Shown: piece by piece, positions 1 to 13,200 of the stretch | How the letters are laid out: each line of letters begins with the position of its first letter | Position numbering within the stretch: the first letter of the stretch is position 1 | DNA from: Macrostomum hystrix | Taxonomy: Eukaryota; Animalia; Platyhelminthes | Direction of reading: 5' to 3' | NCBI GenBank assembly: GCA_950097015.1 | Contig: CATNEN010000034.1 | Location: forward strand, 6,882,001-6,946,000 | Length of the DNA stretch: 64,000 bases | The notes under the pieces: model-generated | Told to the model about the DNA's origin: nothing | The model's database searches: none | The model's input: the letters and a program-made list of their open reading frames with translations, nothing else | Position numbers and translations under genes: made by a program

Positions 1-216
1 CAATAACAAATCCTTCGAACTTTTTATCTTGACCTATACAAATGTATATCAATGCGCGATAACGTACAAATGAAAGTAGTTGTAGCCTATTTAGTAGTAG
101 TACGCCAACAATAATGCATGCTTCTGCATCGCGTCTACTAGACTCAGCCCCAACCCAATCGCTTCTGCCTGGAGCTCCAAACAAGCCGGGCACCAGCTGT
201 ACCAGGGAGCGTGTTT

Positions 217-1520
217 AGAATTGCCACTTTTAACTGTCGCACTCTCAAATCTGCTTGGAGGAGAGAAATGCTGACGCAGCAGGAGGTATCATTTCTGACA
301 GGACGGCCTCCAACGTGAGGATCTCGATGGCGGCTGGACCCTATTTTTCACCTCAGCGGACATTCGCGAACGTGGAGGAGTCGGCGCTCTGGTCGGACTG
401 TGGTTACAGCAGAGTGTCTGCTTTGTCGCCGCGTCACCTCGGCTGCTTGTGGATGTGAGGCAGCGACGCCGTAACGCCCGGCTTTCCTGTGCGTATGCAC
501 CAACAGCTGACCCTCAGCATTCTTTGATTTCGTGTTGGAGCAGCTCGAGCCGGTCGCGTCGCGGAACACTCTGGTGGTGCTCGGTGCTCAATCTCAACGC
601 TATCGCGGAGGTCTGAGCGCTCCACATTGGTGTCCCCGCGCCATAATGGTAACTCTCTTGCGCTTGCGGACCTTAATTCGCGGCAAGATCTGGAGTGGGT
701 GAACACGAGTTTCCGCAAGCCTGCTTTTCGGTTGGCAACCATTGTTAGTGCACTTTGCTCGCCAGGCGCCGGGAGGTCGCGCCCCCAGACCGGACGAGGT
801 GCCTATTGAGGTCACTGAGATGATGATCGATGTCCTCTCTGGAGATGCCGTACCCCGCGAGTGGACAACCGCGCACATCGTCACGTGATTCCTGGGGCAA
901 GGCACGACTCGAAAGAAGGAGCACAGAGGGATTTCACTCATGTCCTGCGCCGCGAAGCACAAGAAGAACCGCTACACAACCGCGTGCTGCTTGCTCGGTT
1001 ACAGCCTGCGCTTTGAACAGAACGGGGTTCAGCCCACTTTGCTGTACGGTAAATCAAAATTGTAGCCTTCATCGAGGAGGTGCGCTAGTCAAGTCTTCTG
1101 GTGATCTTCATTGAATTTCTCAAGGCTCTCGACGCGCTGGCTCGCGGCGCGCTGCCTCTCATGCTTCGTGCGTACAATCTACCGGAGCAGCTGATTTCCG
1201 CCATTATGGCGATTATCAGGACACGACCGCTTCGGTGCTGACGCCAGATGGACTGTCTAACCAATTTAGCATGTCTTCAGGCAGCGGCCCAGGCAGCGAG
1301 ACCAATGCTGCGCTCAATGTAAGAGCGCGCCTGACGCGGCCTTCTGAAGTGCTGCATGGGCGGTGACTTCGACTGGCCGGCCACGTCATCCGGATGGAGG
1401 CCCGCTGCCCTGAGCCGCTACTCGAGGTGCTGCTGCTCAAGCTGCAGGGACCGCCCAGGCGAGGCCAAAAGGGCGAACGGCGAGATTTCCTGACCGGCTT
1501 CTGAGGGATGCCGGCGCCCC
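217..1520 (+). mobile_element. Degenerate non-LTR retrotransposon (RTE-like APE endonuclease plus RT), heavily deleted
   Basis: Hand translation across shifting frames gives RIATFNCRTL (217, APE start), CAYAPT (~490) and DLNA (~590). RT motifs follow: WTTAHIV / RGISLMSCAAK / QNG (860-1030) and LVIFI.F.KA.D.LARGALPLMLRAYNLPEQLISAIMA..TPDG (1100-1260). No intact ORF. Confidence 0.8.
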
Positions 1521-4340
1521 GTACCAAGCTGGCGGGTGTGACTTTTTTAGATTGTTGGCCCAGAGACGCGCTCTCTCAGTCATTTGTTGTTGTTTTGTTG
1601 CATTGCAGTACCCATATTTAATCTTTGTGGAAGCACGCATGATTATCAACTCAGAAAGTCAAGAGATTACATATAGAAAGGTCCCCCTTTGCTCCGAGAA
1701 AAGAAGAAGTATGAAGCCTTAAGATGGCACAAATCCAAATGGGAAAGTCCATAAAACTCCCAAACAGGATTTGGCAGCGGAATGTATTGGGTAATAAGGC
1801 ACAAAAAATCAATATACAAATATATTGATTTTCAATCGCTATCAATTTTAAACGGGCTAAAGAGGTCTGTGATCTAATGTATGTGACTAGTGAAATATAA
1901 CAAGCAAAGCGGGTACGAATTAATCCCATAAAGCGATACATATTTTGGAAGAATGGTTTGTCATTGTGCTTGCATGTCTCCTGCCGCAGCCAATAGAAAT
2001 GGATCAGGCAAGGTACTGTTGTGGCAGTAAATTTGAAACTCAGCTACACTCCTTGAAACTGGGGGGAGTGCATGGGCTGAGGGAGGGCGAAAAGCAGAGA
2101 GGTATTCCCATGCTTCCCGGCCTGTCACTGCATTAATCTGCAGCAATGTCCCATGGCAACAAAGCAAGCTAGTAACCAACCGGTCCCTTTTTCTATAAAA
2201 TTGTCTTTTTCATTATCTGCTTTGCGTTGCATTTTTTCTAGCTCAGATTTAATAAATTGCCTTCGTTGGATTTAGCGAGGACGGAATCGATTTGATATAT
2301 CAAATTGTATCTTAATTGAAATTCGGTGCATTGAGTTCCGAAAATTAATATAATCCACCTATTCAATGTCGTCATCAGTATCTCCAACTGCTTCACTAAC
2401 AATGCGCCAGATTCAGCACGCAACCCAGTAAGTATATACCGATTGTTCCTGCTATCTACTGTCATTGTTTTGTTTGGTCCTTTGATTTGTCCATGGACAT
2501 GTATTATGAAAAAGTCTGTAGCTATAGGAAATAGTTCGAGCGCTTCAACTTCCTGTCTTCTGTCCGACTCACTTGCTCGACTTTTGAAGCTTATGAAATT
2601 CGCTGTGTGTTTCCCGTACAAAGAAAAGGTTAAAAACTATTTCCTTTCATTTTTAGCGGAGCAAATAAGCCAATATGTCATCTTCAGTAAAACACACAAT
2701 ATACCCACAATATACCCCAACGTGAAAGTATGTATTAAAATTAAACAGACAAGAGAAGACTAGAGAAAACACGAAAGGAAACTAGCTGATATGTTCATTC
2801 GTTCATGATCTAAGGATGCAAAAAGACAAAGCAACCTTTTCTTTCCAAAAATCTTAACTTTTGAAATCTCGATAAACGCACTTTTCGACGAAAACAGGCC
2901 TTACAAATTCTAATTTCAGGTCACAATATTAGCGTGACCATGCTGTATCGGTTCCAGAAAGAGTTACTGAAAAAAGTACTTTGGGCGGTCGGACAGACTA
3001 ATATAAGCCAACACAGCTGAGTCAGGAAGCCAAGGCCATTCACCTCAGATGATAAAATTCTTCCTGGCTAAAAAGTGGTAATGCAACCGCGCATACAAAG
3101 CGCATTTCCCTTGGCAACAACGAAATGGCTTAACAAAGAGCCAGATAGTTTTTTACGCAAAGCGGAATTGAAGGCTTTCATATTGTCTGCATGCCATTCT
3201 GGCTGCAAAACTAACTCCAAGCAGAAAAAAACTAACAAAAAGCATTCCCAGTATCTTCTTCAGCTTGCAATTTCCAAATTAAATTATTTGTCAGGAAAGT
3301 CTAGATTAGTATTTTCGACTTAAGGCTCTTTGTCCGATGGAGAAAGCTGACTGACAAAGCGGCAGCGCGCACTTTCACGCCAACAGACTCTAGTAAATGC
3401 TCACCTCAAAATACTTTCCACGTCTTGTCCAGCACATCCATCCAGCACGGGTTTTAGCTGTGGAAATTATTTGCCCCCCTTAGTCCAGCTAATAGTCTTT
3501 TACAAAAATGCTGCCATCATTATATTGTGAATGAGGCGCGCACTTCAATCACCAAATTCCATGCAGCTAGTAACTGAAACACTATCATTAATTTGCCGGT
3601 AAAGAAAGGGAGCAAGGTGTGGTATTTTTTACTTAGGTCTCTCTTTGCGTTGAGATTCCCTAATGAGGTCGGGTGTCCTACTCTTTGCGAGAGACTCTAT
3701 TGTCGTAACTCGAAAATAACGAAGACAAGACGATTCAAAAGTCCAAGCTAAACAGCTGATATTTAAGTGTTAATTAGTTACCAAGAGAAAGCTATGAATG
3801 ACTAACTCCCCTGGCAGCGCTCTTTCCGTCCCCTGCCAGGTACTGTACTTAATTCAATATTCAATTCACAGTTCGCACTGGTAATTTACTAACAAAATCT
3901 CAATTAACCTCAACACAAGAACAACACGAACTCTACTCGATAATGCTCTGGACAGTAACAAGAACTCACGAAAATAACATGACAATTAACACAAATAACT
4001 CCTAGACAAACAGATAGTCCCTATAACAAAACAAGACGAATAACACGAAACCTAACCTCAAGTCCCTAGTCTGTAACCGAGGCGACCAGCAAGCACTTCC
4101 GCACTATGGCACAACGATAGTTCTATCGTGCCACACCTAATGTCAATTCAACGGCGTCCCACCGATGATCGTCGGCGATATGGAGAGTACTTCCGTGCTT
4201 GCCAATCCCTGTCTAACACTCCTGTCAGCAGTTGGGCAGACGTGCCGAGCTCAGCGCAAGCTACTTACTGACGTGGGATTGAGTGTGGGGTTTTCTTCGA
4301 CTAGCTAGTTGGACCGGTTTACCTGTCCCGGTATCTATTA

Positions 4341-4782
4341 CTAGGATGCGTAACAACGCGGAAAAGAACGATTGCAACGAAACGACACGACACAACACGT
4401 AAGAGCAGCTTTGAAAGTCTTCTCAAAAGCGCTAAATTCAACATTGCCGATGATATCCAAACCTCGTAAATTCTTCAAATACCGGTAGATTCCTGCGCTG
4501 CATGCATACCAGCGAACTGCAACTGTACGCCGTTCCATCATCCTTTTTATCCACCGAAAAATACAGGCGCAGATAGTGATATAAATATCGAGTCGGTATT
4601 GTCTCAAGTTGCGATGGCAGTCCTCGATCGTCAAGAAATTTTCGGAAACGAGCGGCGTACGTAGCTGTTGCCTTCTCAGTAGACCAGACTTTGCCTAAGT
4701 CCTCCATCTTGGCAATTTCATTCAGGTCTTCGTCAGTCAAAGCCTTACATGTGGACACTTCAGCCAGAAAACTCTCTATCAT
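4341..4782 (-). mobile_element. Crypton-like (tyrosine-recombinase DNA transposon; DUF3504/KCTD1-ZMYM-related) coding remnant
   Basis: Joining ORFs 4438-4782 and 4341-4634 across a 1-nt insertion near 4500 gives FRKFL...YLRLYFSVDKKDDGTAYSCSSLVCM-RAGIYRYLKNLRGLDIIGNVEF. This fits the F..vrkkdG..Y..sSl...raai.RyL.....dI....eF pattern of Crypton recombinases. Confidence 0.65.
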
Positions 4783-5559
4783 TTCCGTCTCAAGTACTGG
4801 CAGTCCCGTGGACTGATATGCAGCTTCTTCCTCGCGCCGTCCATCACTAATGCGTGGTCACGAATTGAAGTTCGTCCGATGAGAGACCAGAAATTTCTTT
4901 CTCTAAAATAGCTTTGTAGTTCAGCATGGTCGATCTAGCATATGACGGTGAAGAATAAAGAAGTCTAGCTTCTTTCTCTAGTTGTTAGCTTCTCTTTGCA
5001 ATTCATTATTCTTTCTCTTATAATTGAACTGTATAGTTTGTCATTAAATCATTTTGTCTATGGTTGATATGGTTTGTCTTGTTACTCAGCCACATATAGT
5101 CTATGGTACAATAAATAATTGATATCATACCCCGGCTTTATGCCCACGCGAAACGCGATCGACGAACATTATGATGGGAAACTGCATGGCCGATCAAACA
5201 CTTAATAGATTCATTAGATTAAAACCAAGAAGGGCGTAGAAGGAGGGTCTGATAAACTCGTATATTTGACATACAGGTATATATGCATACAAATACGCGT
5301 ATTCAACTATAGCATTTTGCAGGCTAGTAGAGAAAACAAGCAAGCAATTAAATAATCAATGACAAAGTCAGTGGAATTTTTTACACTCTATGGTCAAAGC
5401 CATGTGCATTCCTGCAACCAAATAAATAATGTGAGCACGCAATTCATCAATTCTCAATGCTTAGCAAACATTCGACAGCTAACTGTGATGCTGTATATTT
5501 AAGAAGCTAAATGGTGTGGTACAAAAAGTGACTATTTAATATGACAAAACATATGAAAA

Positions 5560-5925
5560 ACTAGTTCGCAAAACCCAGGGAAAAGTACAAAATGAAACTC
5601 GAAAAAGATTTCCTTCAGTGAAGCTGTCCGATATATGGCAGAAATCAAACGATGTCTTCTCCCGCTGACACATCTAGGGATGAAGCGGAGTGCATTCCGA
5701 AACCATCCTCCACATTTGACCGGTGTGATTTCGGAAGTTGCTTCCTCTGCGATTCTCTGAAGAACAAGAATTCGCCATGCACTCGCATAGTGTTGTCTGT
5801 GGTGGTGGATTGTCAAGTTCGAGCTGAACTTGGGGCAAAGACAACTGACGTTTTATTGTCGCCTTCAGGCAGGAGTGCACACTCTCAGTCGGATTCAAAA
5901 ATGGTGAGTACGGCGGCAGCTGCAT
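5560..5925 (-). mobile_element. IS630/Tc1/mariner transposase C-terminal remnant
   Basis: LPPYSPFLNPTE motif (typical LPPYSP.LNPIE), followed after a frameshift by ITPVKCGGWFRNALRFIPRC. Confidence 0.75.
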
Positions 5926-7215
5926 GACTTGCCAGTTAGCTTCATTTTGTTGTATATTCGAAAATATACAACATTCGAAAAGTAAAAAATATTTAAAAAA
6001 AGAAAATTTAAAAAAGGTTTAGTGCATGGTTTGAATTTTTTAAAGGGTTGAAGATATCAATAATAATAACGAAAGTGATATGAGTAATTCATTTCGCTGA
6101 TATACGCTCGTATCTATCAAGCGCATGGTGTGTATTTCCTTGATTTGTATCTATATGATGTCCTATAAATTTGCTAAATTTCACTTAAAGAACTATTCGT
6201 GTGGACGATCGTTCACTCGAGGACGATCGCTCCTTAGAGACCCGTCGTAGATCTACTAGAGACCTGATAATTATACTTACTTACACGATTAAATTAAAAG
6301 CGGATTCTGTGAATGAGTTATAAAATCGTTTTCCTCTGCTTCCCATTAGCTGCCAATTTTTTACACACACGTATTTTATCTATAGTAAGTAGCATACGTC
6401 TTATCCTGATAATATATACTTTTACGTTATAGCTAGTAATATGTAAAAAAAGTTTACCTTGTGAACAAGGGCATAAATATTTGTTTAAATTCATTGCCAA
6501 GGCGAAATTAAATGCATTTTCTATTTTAAATGCATCCGATAAGCAGAGTTTTAAATTCTCCAAAGGAGCGGAGCGGGATATACTCATTCGTGTTCTTTCT
6601 TTATGTGCATATGCAGAAGGCAGCAAAAATGTTAATAATTTACAAGCGATTGCAGACTAACAGTTAAAAATTCTTTGGAAATTATTTTTATTTTACTCAG
6701 TGGTTTCTCAGATTTACATAAGGCAACATGCATGCGACTTATTTCATCTGTAATACGACACAGACAAAGTATAATTATTTCACTATTTTTTTCTTTTTTA
6801 AAGAAGCTATTCGTACAGTTACTGTTTTCTTTAATGTACCTCTTTTAATCAGCATAGTCTGCGTTCAAATAATTAAGTTCTAAAAATATTTGAATTTTGG
6901 TGCTATTGCATTCATTTCTTGTTTTTGTTTCATTATGTTATCTTATCAACTAGACAATATTTGACTAAAAGTGTCTTTTTTTCAGGACAGTACTATCATG
7001 ATTCATATTCATATATTTCTTCTAAGGATTGAAAATGTATAACTGGAATAGCAATAAGTTTAAGGTTTTAAATCACAAAAGTGAATTAATTTCTTGTCAT
7101 CAGTTGGGACACTGTTGACAATCTAAAGATCTAAACAGATCTAAAAATTCCCAGAGATGGATGGATCAAAATATTCATAAAAAACTAAAATTGCAGGGTT
7201 GCCCGCAGGATCAAA

Positions 7216-10200
7216 ATGGGCCGCAAGAAAAGTGAAAAATCAAACCGCAGCGAGGAAACCGAAGACAGAGACCAAGGTAGGTCACTGCGGCTGAATTAAA
7301 TCATTTCCACTTTTGAATACCTTTTATAAGAGTGAAATTGAGTCTTCCACGCCTGGTTCTGCAATCCATTTTATGCAGAGGCCTATCAGCCAACTGGCAA
7401 CTTTCAGGCCGACTTCAACGAGCTGTGCAAGGAGATGAACATGTACCGACCGCCACCCGTGTTCCTGCGGCCAAAGAGGCCGTCCTCTCCTGTTCAGGTG
7501 AGCAAATTAATTATCAAACCAATCCCTACCTCACTAAAGCATAAATTTGACTATTTTTGACCGTTTAGAACTGTTCGTTCACGCAAACCCGCAGAACGAG
7601 CAGCTAGTGCCACAGGCGCCAGCAGGTCGCAAGACCAAGGACGACAAAAAGGCGTCGATTGTGCAGCAAGTTATTGAACCGGAAGAGGAGACACCGGAAG
7701 AGAAGGGTGAGCCAAGAGGAACCTTTGCGAGAAATGACTCTAGGAAATATTTTCTTCGTGTTTTGACAGCTGACGAACTGTTGGATTAGGCTAATTTTTT
7801 AAGCACCGATGCTTAACTGTTAGACAGAGACTGACCTGTTAGATAGAGACTGACCTGTTAGACAGAGACTGACCTGTTAGACAGAGGGTACTTGTTAGAC
7901 AGAGACTGACCTGTTAGACAGAGGGTACTTGTTAGACAGAGGCTGACATGTTAGACAGAGGGTACCTGTTAGACAGAGGTTAACTGTCTGACATGTTAGA
8001 CAGAGACTGACCTGTTAGGCAGAGACTGACCTGTTAGGCAGAGACTGACCTGTTAGGCAGAGACTGACCTGTTAGATAGAGACTGACCTGTTAGACAGAG
8101 ACTGACCTGTTAGACAGAGGGTACTTGTTAGACAGAGGCTGACATGTTAGACAGAGGGTACCTGTTAGACAGAGGTTAACTGTCTGACATGTTAGACAGA
8201 GACTGACCTGTTAGGCAGAGACTGACCTGTTAGGCAGAGACTGACCTGTTAGACAGAGACTGACCTGTTAGACAGAGACTGACCTGTTAGACAGAGACTG
8301 ACCTGTTAGGCAGAGACTGACCTGTTAGGCAGAGACTGACCTGTTAGACAGAGACTGACCTGTTAGACAGAGACTGACCTGTTAGACAGAGACTGACCTG
8401 TTAGGCAGAGACTGACCTGTTAGGCAGAGACTGACCTGTTAGACAGAGGGTACCTGTTAGACAGAAGGTACCTGTTAGACAGGGAGCATCTGCTAGGCAG
8501 AGTGTTACTTGTTAGGCAGAAGGTAAACGATTTAAGAAAACTATTAAATGAAGGCCTGAAGCAATAGGCAGCTGGCGCATGTCGCCTGGAAGCCAAAGAA
8601 TGTTTAGTCAGAAGGGACACAGCAAAGGCGCTACTATAAGTACGCACCGGCCATCCATCTGCTTCAAAGAGCCCGAAGTGTTGGACGAGTGCAGCAGCCA
8701 TCAGCCACTGGACGATGCCGGTAAGAAGAAGCTCAGCGCACCACCCAATAACCCAGGACGTTGTTGACCGTTTTTTCACAATTTATAAATTACTTTTTTG
8801 CTGGCCAAGACAAATTTCAACGTTCGGCATGCTTAATAAAAATTCACAATTTGTAAAATTATGCTCAGGTTTTTAGGCCACTAAGGTCACACTTACCTGC
8901 AGATTGAAATTTCCTTAAAACTTCACCTACTAACATACCCAAACTAAGGTTAACTTCTCACTTCCATTAAAACCGTTTTTAATTTTACCGATCCTTTTTC
9001 TCCTGTTTTTTGTTTGCCTCTAGAATAAGACGACAATGTTTCAAAAGATAAGTAATCCGTTTTGCAGATTTTAATTCATTAGTGGCCAGAAGCCAGTGGC
9101 CCAGCCACAGCAATTGCGCGGCGCTTCCAAAGCTGCGTACAACTGTTCAGTCCATGGACTGGGGAGGGGGCGCAACAGGCATGGAAAATTCTTCCCCGAT
9201 AATGGCAGTACCCATTCTGGGTAAATTGAACCATTGCTTACGTTCGGTCCAAGGGAAAAAATTAGGATCTGATTACAGCCAATGCCACTCGCAAAGTCGG
9301 CGTCGAGTAAAAGTGATTGCGACTAATTCCATATGAACTCGCATCTATCTACGTAGCAGTAGAACACTCAACATTTTCACACGAATTTTACTCGCAATAC
9401 TTCAAACAGCCGTCATAGAGCAGCTGGGCTTCAAGCCGAAGACGTTCATTGTGAAGCACTACCTCGACCTCATGAAGCCGTGCGTTCATGTCGACATGGA
9501 GAATCCGGACAAGCCGGACACAGTGTCCGAGGTGCAGATAAAGAACTGGAAACTGGAGCTGCCGATGCTGAGAACTCTCAGCCGCTGCTTCGAGAAGCTT
9601 CAGAAGCTGCACACCATTAAGTAAGTCTTCACAAACATCAAACACGAGCATAACTCTTCAAGTTTCAACCGCAAAATTATCATTAAACCTTGTAGCTTCT
9701 GGCGTGTCGCCGCTGACGCCAGTGTCATCGCGGAGATGGCCGAGATGCTGCGGCAGTTGGACTCTATTCGCTGCCTATCGCTGGAGTCCAACTGTTGTAC
9801 TCCGTCTGAGAACTACGCCGACCTCATTGGAGTCGACAGCAGGTAAGTTAAAGATTGACGCTTGGATCATGTCTAGAGCTGCAGCTTGACTAGTCTGCCG
9901 CATGCTTCTGTCACTGCACCCACCATCTCACTCCTTCGTCATCTCTGCACCCGCCTCCTCACTCCTTCGTCCTCTCTGCACCCACCTCCTCACTCCTTCA
10001 TCCTCTCTGCACCCACCTCCTCACTCCTTCGTCCTCTCTGCACCCACCCCCTCACTCATTCGTCCTCTCTGCACCCCCTCCTCACTCCTTCATCCTCTGT
10101 GCACCCACCCTCCTCACTCATTCGTCCTCTCTGCACCCACCTCCTCACTCCTTCGTCCTCTCTGCACCCACCTTCCTCACTCCTTCATCCTCTCTGCACC

Positions 10201-13200
10201 CACCTCCTTACTCCTTCGTCCTCTCTGCACCCACCTCCTCACTCCTTCGTCCTCTCTGCACCCACCCTCCTCACTCCTTCGTCCACTGTGCACCCACCTC
10301 CTCACTCCTTCATCCTCTCTGCACCCACCTCCTGACTCCTTCGTCCTCTCTGCACCCACCTACTCACTCCTTCGTCCTCTGTGCACCCACCTCCACTCTG
10401 CAGTCAACTGTCTTAAATAATGCACTGAAAAAAGTACCTAGTAATCTATTTTGTACTCATTAGCCAATGCAATTTTTCAGCCTAACAAAGCTGCAGCTGC
10501 GATTCAACCAAATCACGGATGTTGGAGCCGCTAAAATAGCCGAACAACTCAGCGGACTGCGCGAGCCTCCGTCGAAGCTAGTGTCACTAGATCTGTCGTC
10601 TAATTGTGTACAGGATGGGGGAGCGGTAGCTCTAGCCCAGGTAAGATCTCACAACCTAATAACTTAACCCATCAATAACTTAACCCAAAACAAGGTTACG
10701 CTACCATAACGATTCTCGTTGATGTCACGCTACCCTTACTACAACCCAGCCACACATACAACAACCTCACACCGCCTTTACAACAACCCCACGCCGCCCT
10801 TACAACCCCACGCCACCCTTACAAAAATCCCAAGCCGCCCTTACCCCACAACCCCACAACCTCACACCGCCCTTAAGACAAACTCACGCCGCCCTTACGA
10901 CAACCCCACGCCGCCCTTACGACAACCCCACGCCGCCCTTACGACAACCCCACGCCGCCATTACGAAAACCCCGCGCCGCCCTTACAACAGCCTCACACT
11001 GCAACGCGCTTATGACAACCCTACGCCGCTCTTAGGAAGCAATAATCAACCCCAAGCAACTCATCGACAACCCCATTCCGAGCAGGCTCTGCGAACCAAT
11101 CGTACGCTGATTCATCTGTCGCTGAGCAACAATCGGCTAACAGACCGGGGCGCGGCCGCCCTTGCGGTTTCCTGCTCTCGGTTCTATTTGACCCACGAGG
11201 AGGTTGTGGAGCGTCGCAAACTACTCTCAGTAGTAGATCGGCCAGGCGGAGTAGCCAGTGTGAGTGACACTGCCGACACTGAGCTTGGTGACACCCTCCA
11301 CACAATTTCGCATGCAACCCTACTTACGCAGTCAGTAGTCACTGGCAGCAGTGCCACCCGCTTAGTAAGTTTTTATGTTAAAAATTTCCGTTTAATAATC
11401 TTCCTTAAAGAGGAGAATCATCTTGCGCGAAAATATTACAAAACTACCCCCCCCAAACCCGACCGTCTGCAAAATTTAGTCGTTCGAGGTAAGCACGCAT
11501 TTACATAACATGTTATTGCCTGTCACTATCTAACATTGAGTTCCCTTGGCTAGCTCTTTTAACCACTCTTTTCTAGTCAGCTGTGTATGACCTGTTATGA
11601 AAGATGATACAGCCCCATCCTATCATTCACGAGACAGATCCCCATCCTGTCCTTCAGCAGACACATCCCCATCCTGTCATTCAGCATACAGATCCCCATC
11701 CTGTCATTCAGCAGACAGTTCCCATTCTCCCCTTCAGTAGACAGATCCCATCTTCCACTTCAGCTGACAGATCCCATCCGGTCTTTCAGCAGACAGATCC
11801 CATCCTGTCCTTCAGCAGACAGTTCCCATCCTCCCTTTCAGAAGACAGTTCCCATCCTCCCCTTCAGCAGACAGATCCCATCCTCCCCCTTCAGCAGACA
11901 GTTCCCATCCTCCCCTTCAGCAGACAGATTCCATCCTGTCCTTCAGCAGACGAATCCTCATCCTGTCCTTCAGCATACAGATCCCATCCTGTCCTTCAGC
12001 AGACAGTTCCCATCCTGTCCTTCAGCATACAGATCCTATCCTGTCCTTCAGCAGACAGTTCCCATCCTCCCCTTCAGCAGACAGTTCCTATCCTGTCCTT
12101 CAGCAGACAGTTCGCATCCTCCCCTTCAGCAGACAGATCCCATCCTCCCCTTCAGCAGACAGATCCCATCCTGTCCTTCAGCAGACAGATCCTAATCCTG
12201 TCCTTCAGCAGACAGATCCCATCCTGTCCTTCAGCAGACAGATCCTCATCTTGTCCTTCAGCATACAGATCCCATCCTGTCCTTCAGCAGACAGATCCTA
12301 ATCCTGTCCTTCAGCAGACAGATCCCATCCTGTCCTTCAGCAGACAGATCCTAATCCTGTCCTTCAGCAGACAGATCCCATCCTGTCCTTCAGCAGACAG
12401 ATCCTCATCTTGTCCTTCAGCATACAGATCCCATCCTGTCCTTCAGCAGACAGATCCTAATCCTGTCCTTCAGCAGACAGATCCCATCCTGTCCTTCAGC
12501 AGACAGATCCTCATCTTGTCCTTCAGCATACAGATCCCATCCTGTCCTTCAGCAAACAGATCCCATCCTGTCCTTCAGCAGACAGATCCTATCCTGTCCT
12601 TCAGCAGACAGATCCTCATCCTGTCCTGTAGGAGACAATCATAACCCACGTGAAATCAATAATAACTCGGTTAACACACATCTATGTTTATCACGCATCT
12701 AAAAGATACTTTAAAATCCTGAAGGGTAAAATTTTCATGCGCTAGAAGTAGCGCTGACACAGTTTTATCCTAATAGCTTGATCAATGGACAGTCTGTTTT
12801 TTGTTATAATTCTGAAAGCGTGAAATCTGTCAAATCTTGCAGCCTGATAGGGACAGCCGGCACAGCAGGCGGTCATCGTCTCTACACACGGTATCGAGTT
12901 TTACCAATTCCAAGAATATAATTCAAAGAAAAATGTTTTGCTTCACCTTTTGCCGGCTTCTAAACTCTTCTTTAAGAAGGCATTCTCTGTACTATCATTT
13001 CTTTTAAGCTAAAATCAGCTAATGCTTGCTAATTGCACTAAAAAGCATTCGTAATGATTGTGTAATTGTGATTACACCTACCCCTATTGGGCCAGATGTG
13101 CGGGCGACAGCACAGCCGCAGCTATTGCGCGGCGCATCTGAAGACTGCGTACGGCTATTCAGTCCATGGACTGGGTGGTACACCACACCGACCCTCATGC

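Noticed and set aside
2148-2160. GTCCCATGGCAAC, resembling an RFX X-box upstream of the cilia-associated LRRC71
   Set aside because: It is 5 kb from the ATG, the left half-site is imperfect, and a single motif cannot be distinguished from chance.
4107-4133. Imperfect hairpin TGGCAC..CGATAG-TT-CTATCG-TGCCA within an LTR-like stretch (3640-4340)
   Set aside because: No second copy, TSD, PBS or TG..CA boundaries could be established.
9024-9051. Possible poison micro-exon in LRRC71 (CTCTAG|...|GTAATC)
   Set aside because: The donor is weak, no frame-preserving length was found, and there is no supporting evidence.
9886-12644. Long ORFs 9886-10420 and 11604-12644
   Set aside because: They are translations of intronic minisatellites whose units lack stop codons, and they lie within LRRC71 introns.
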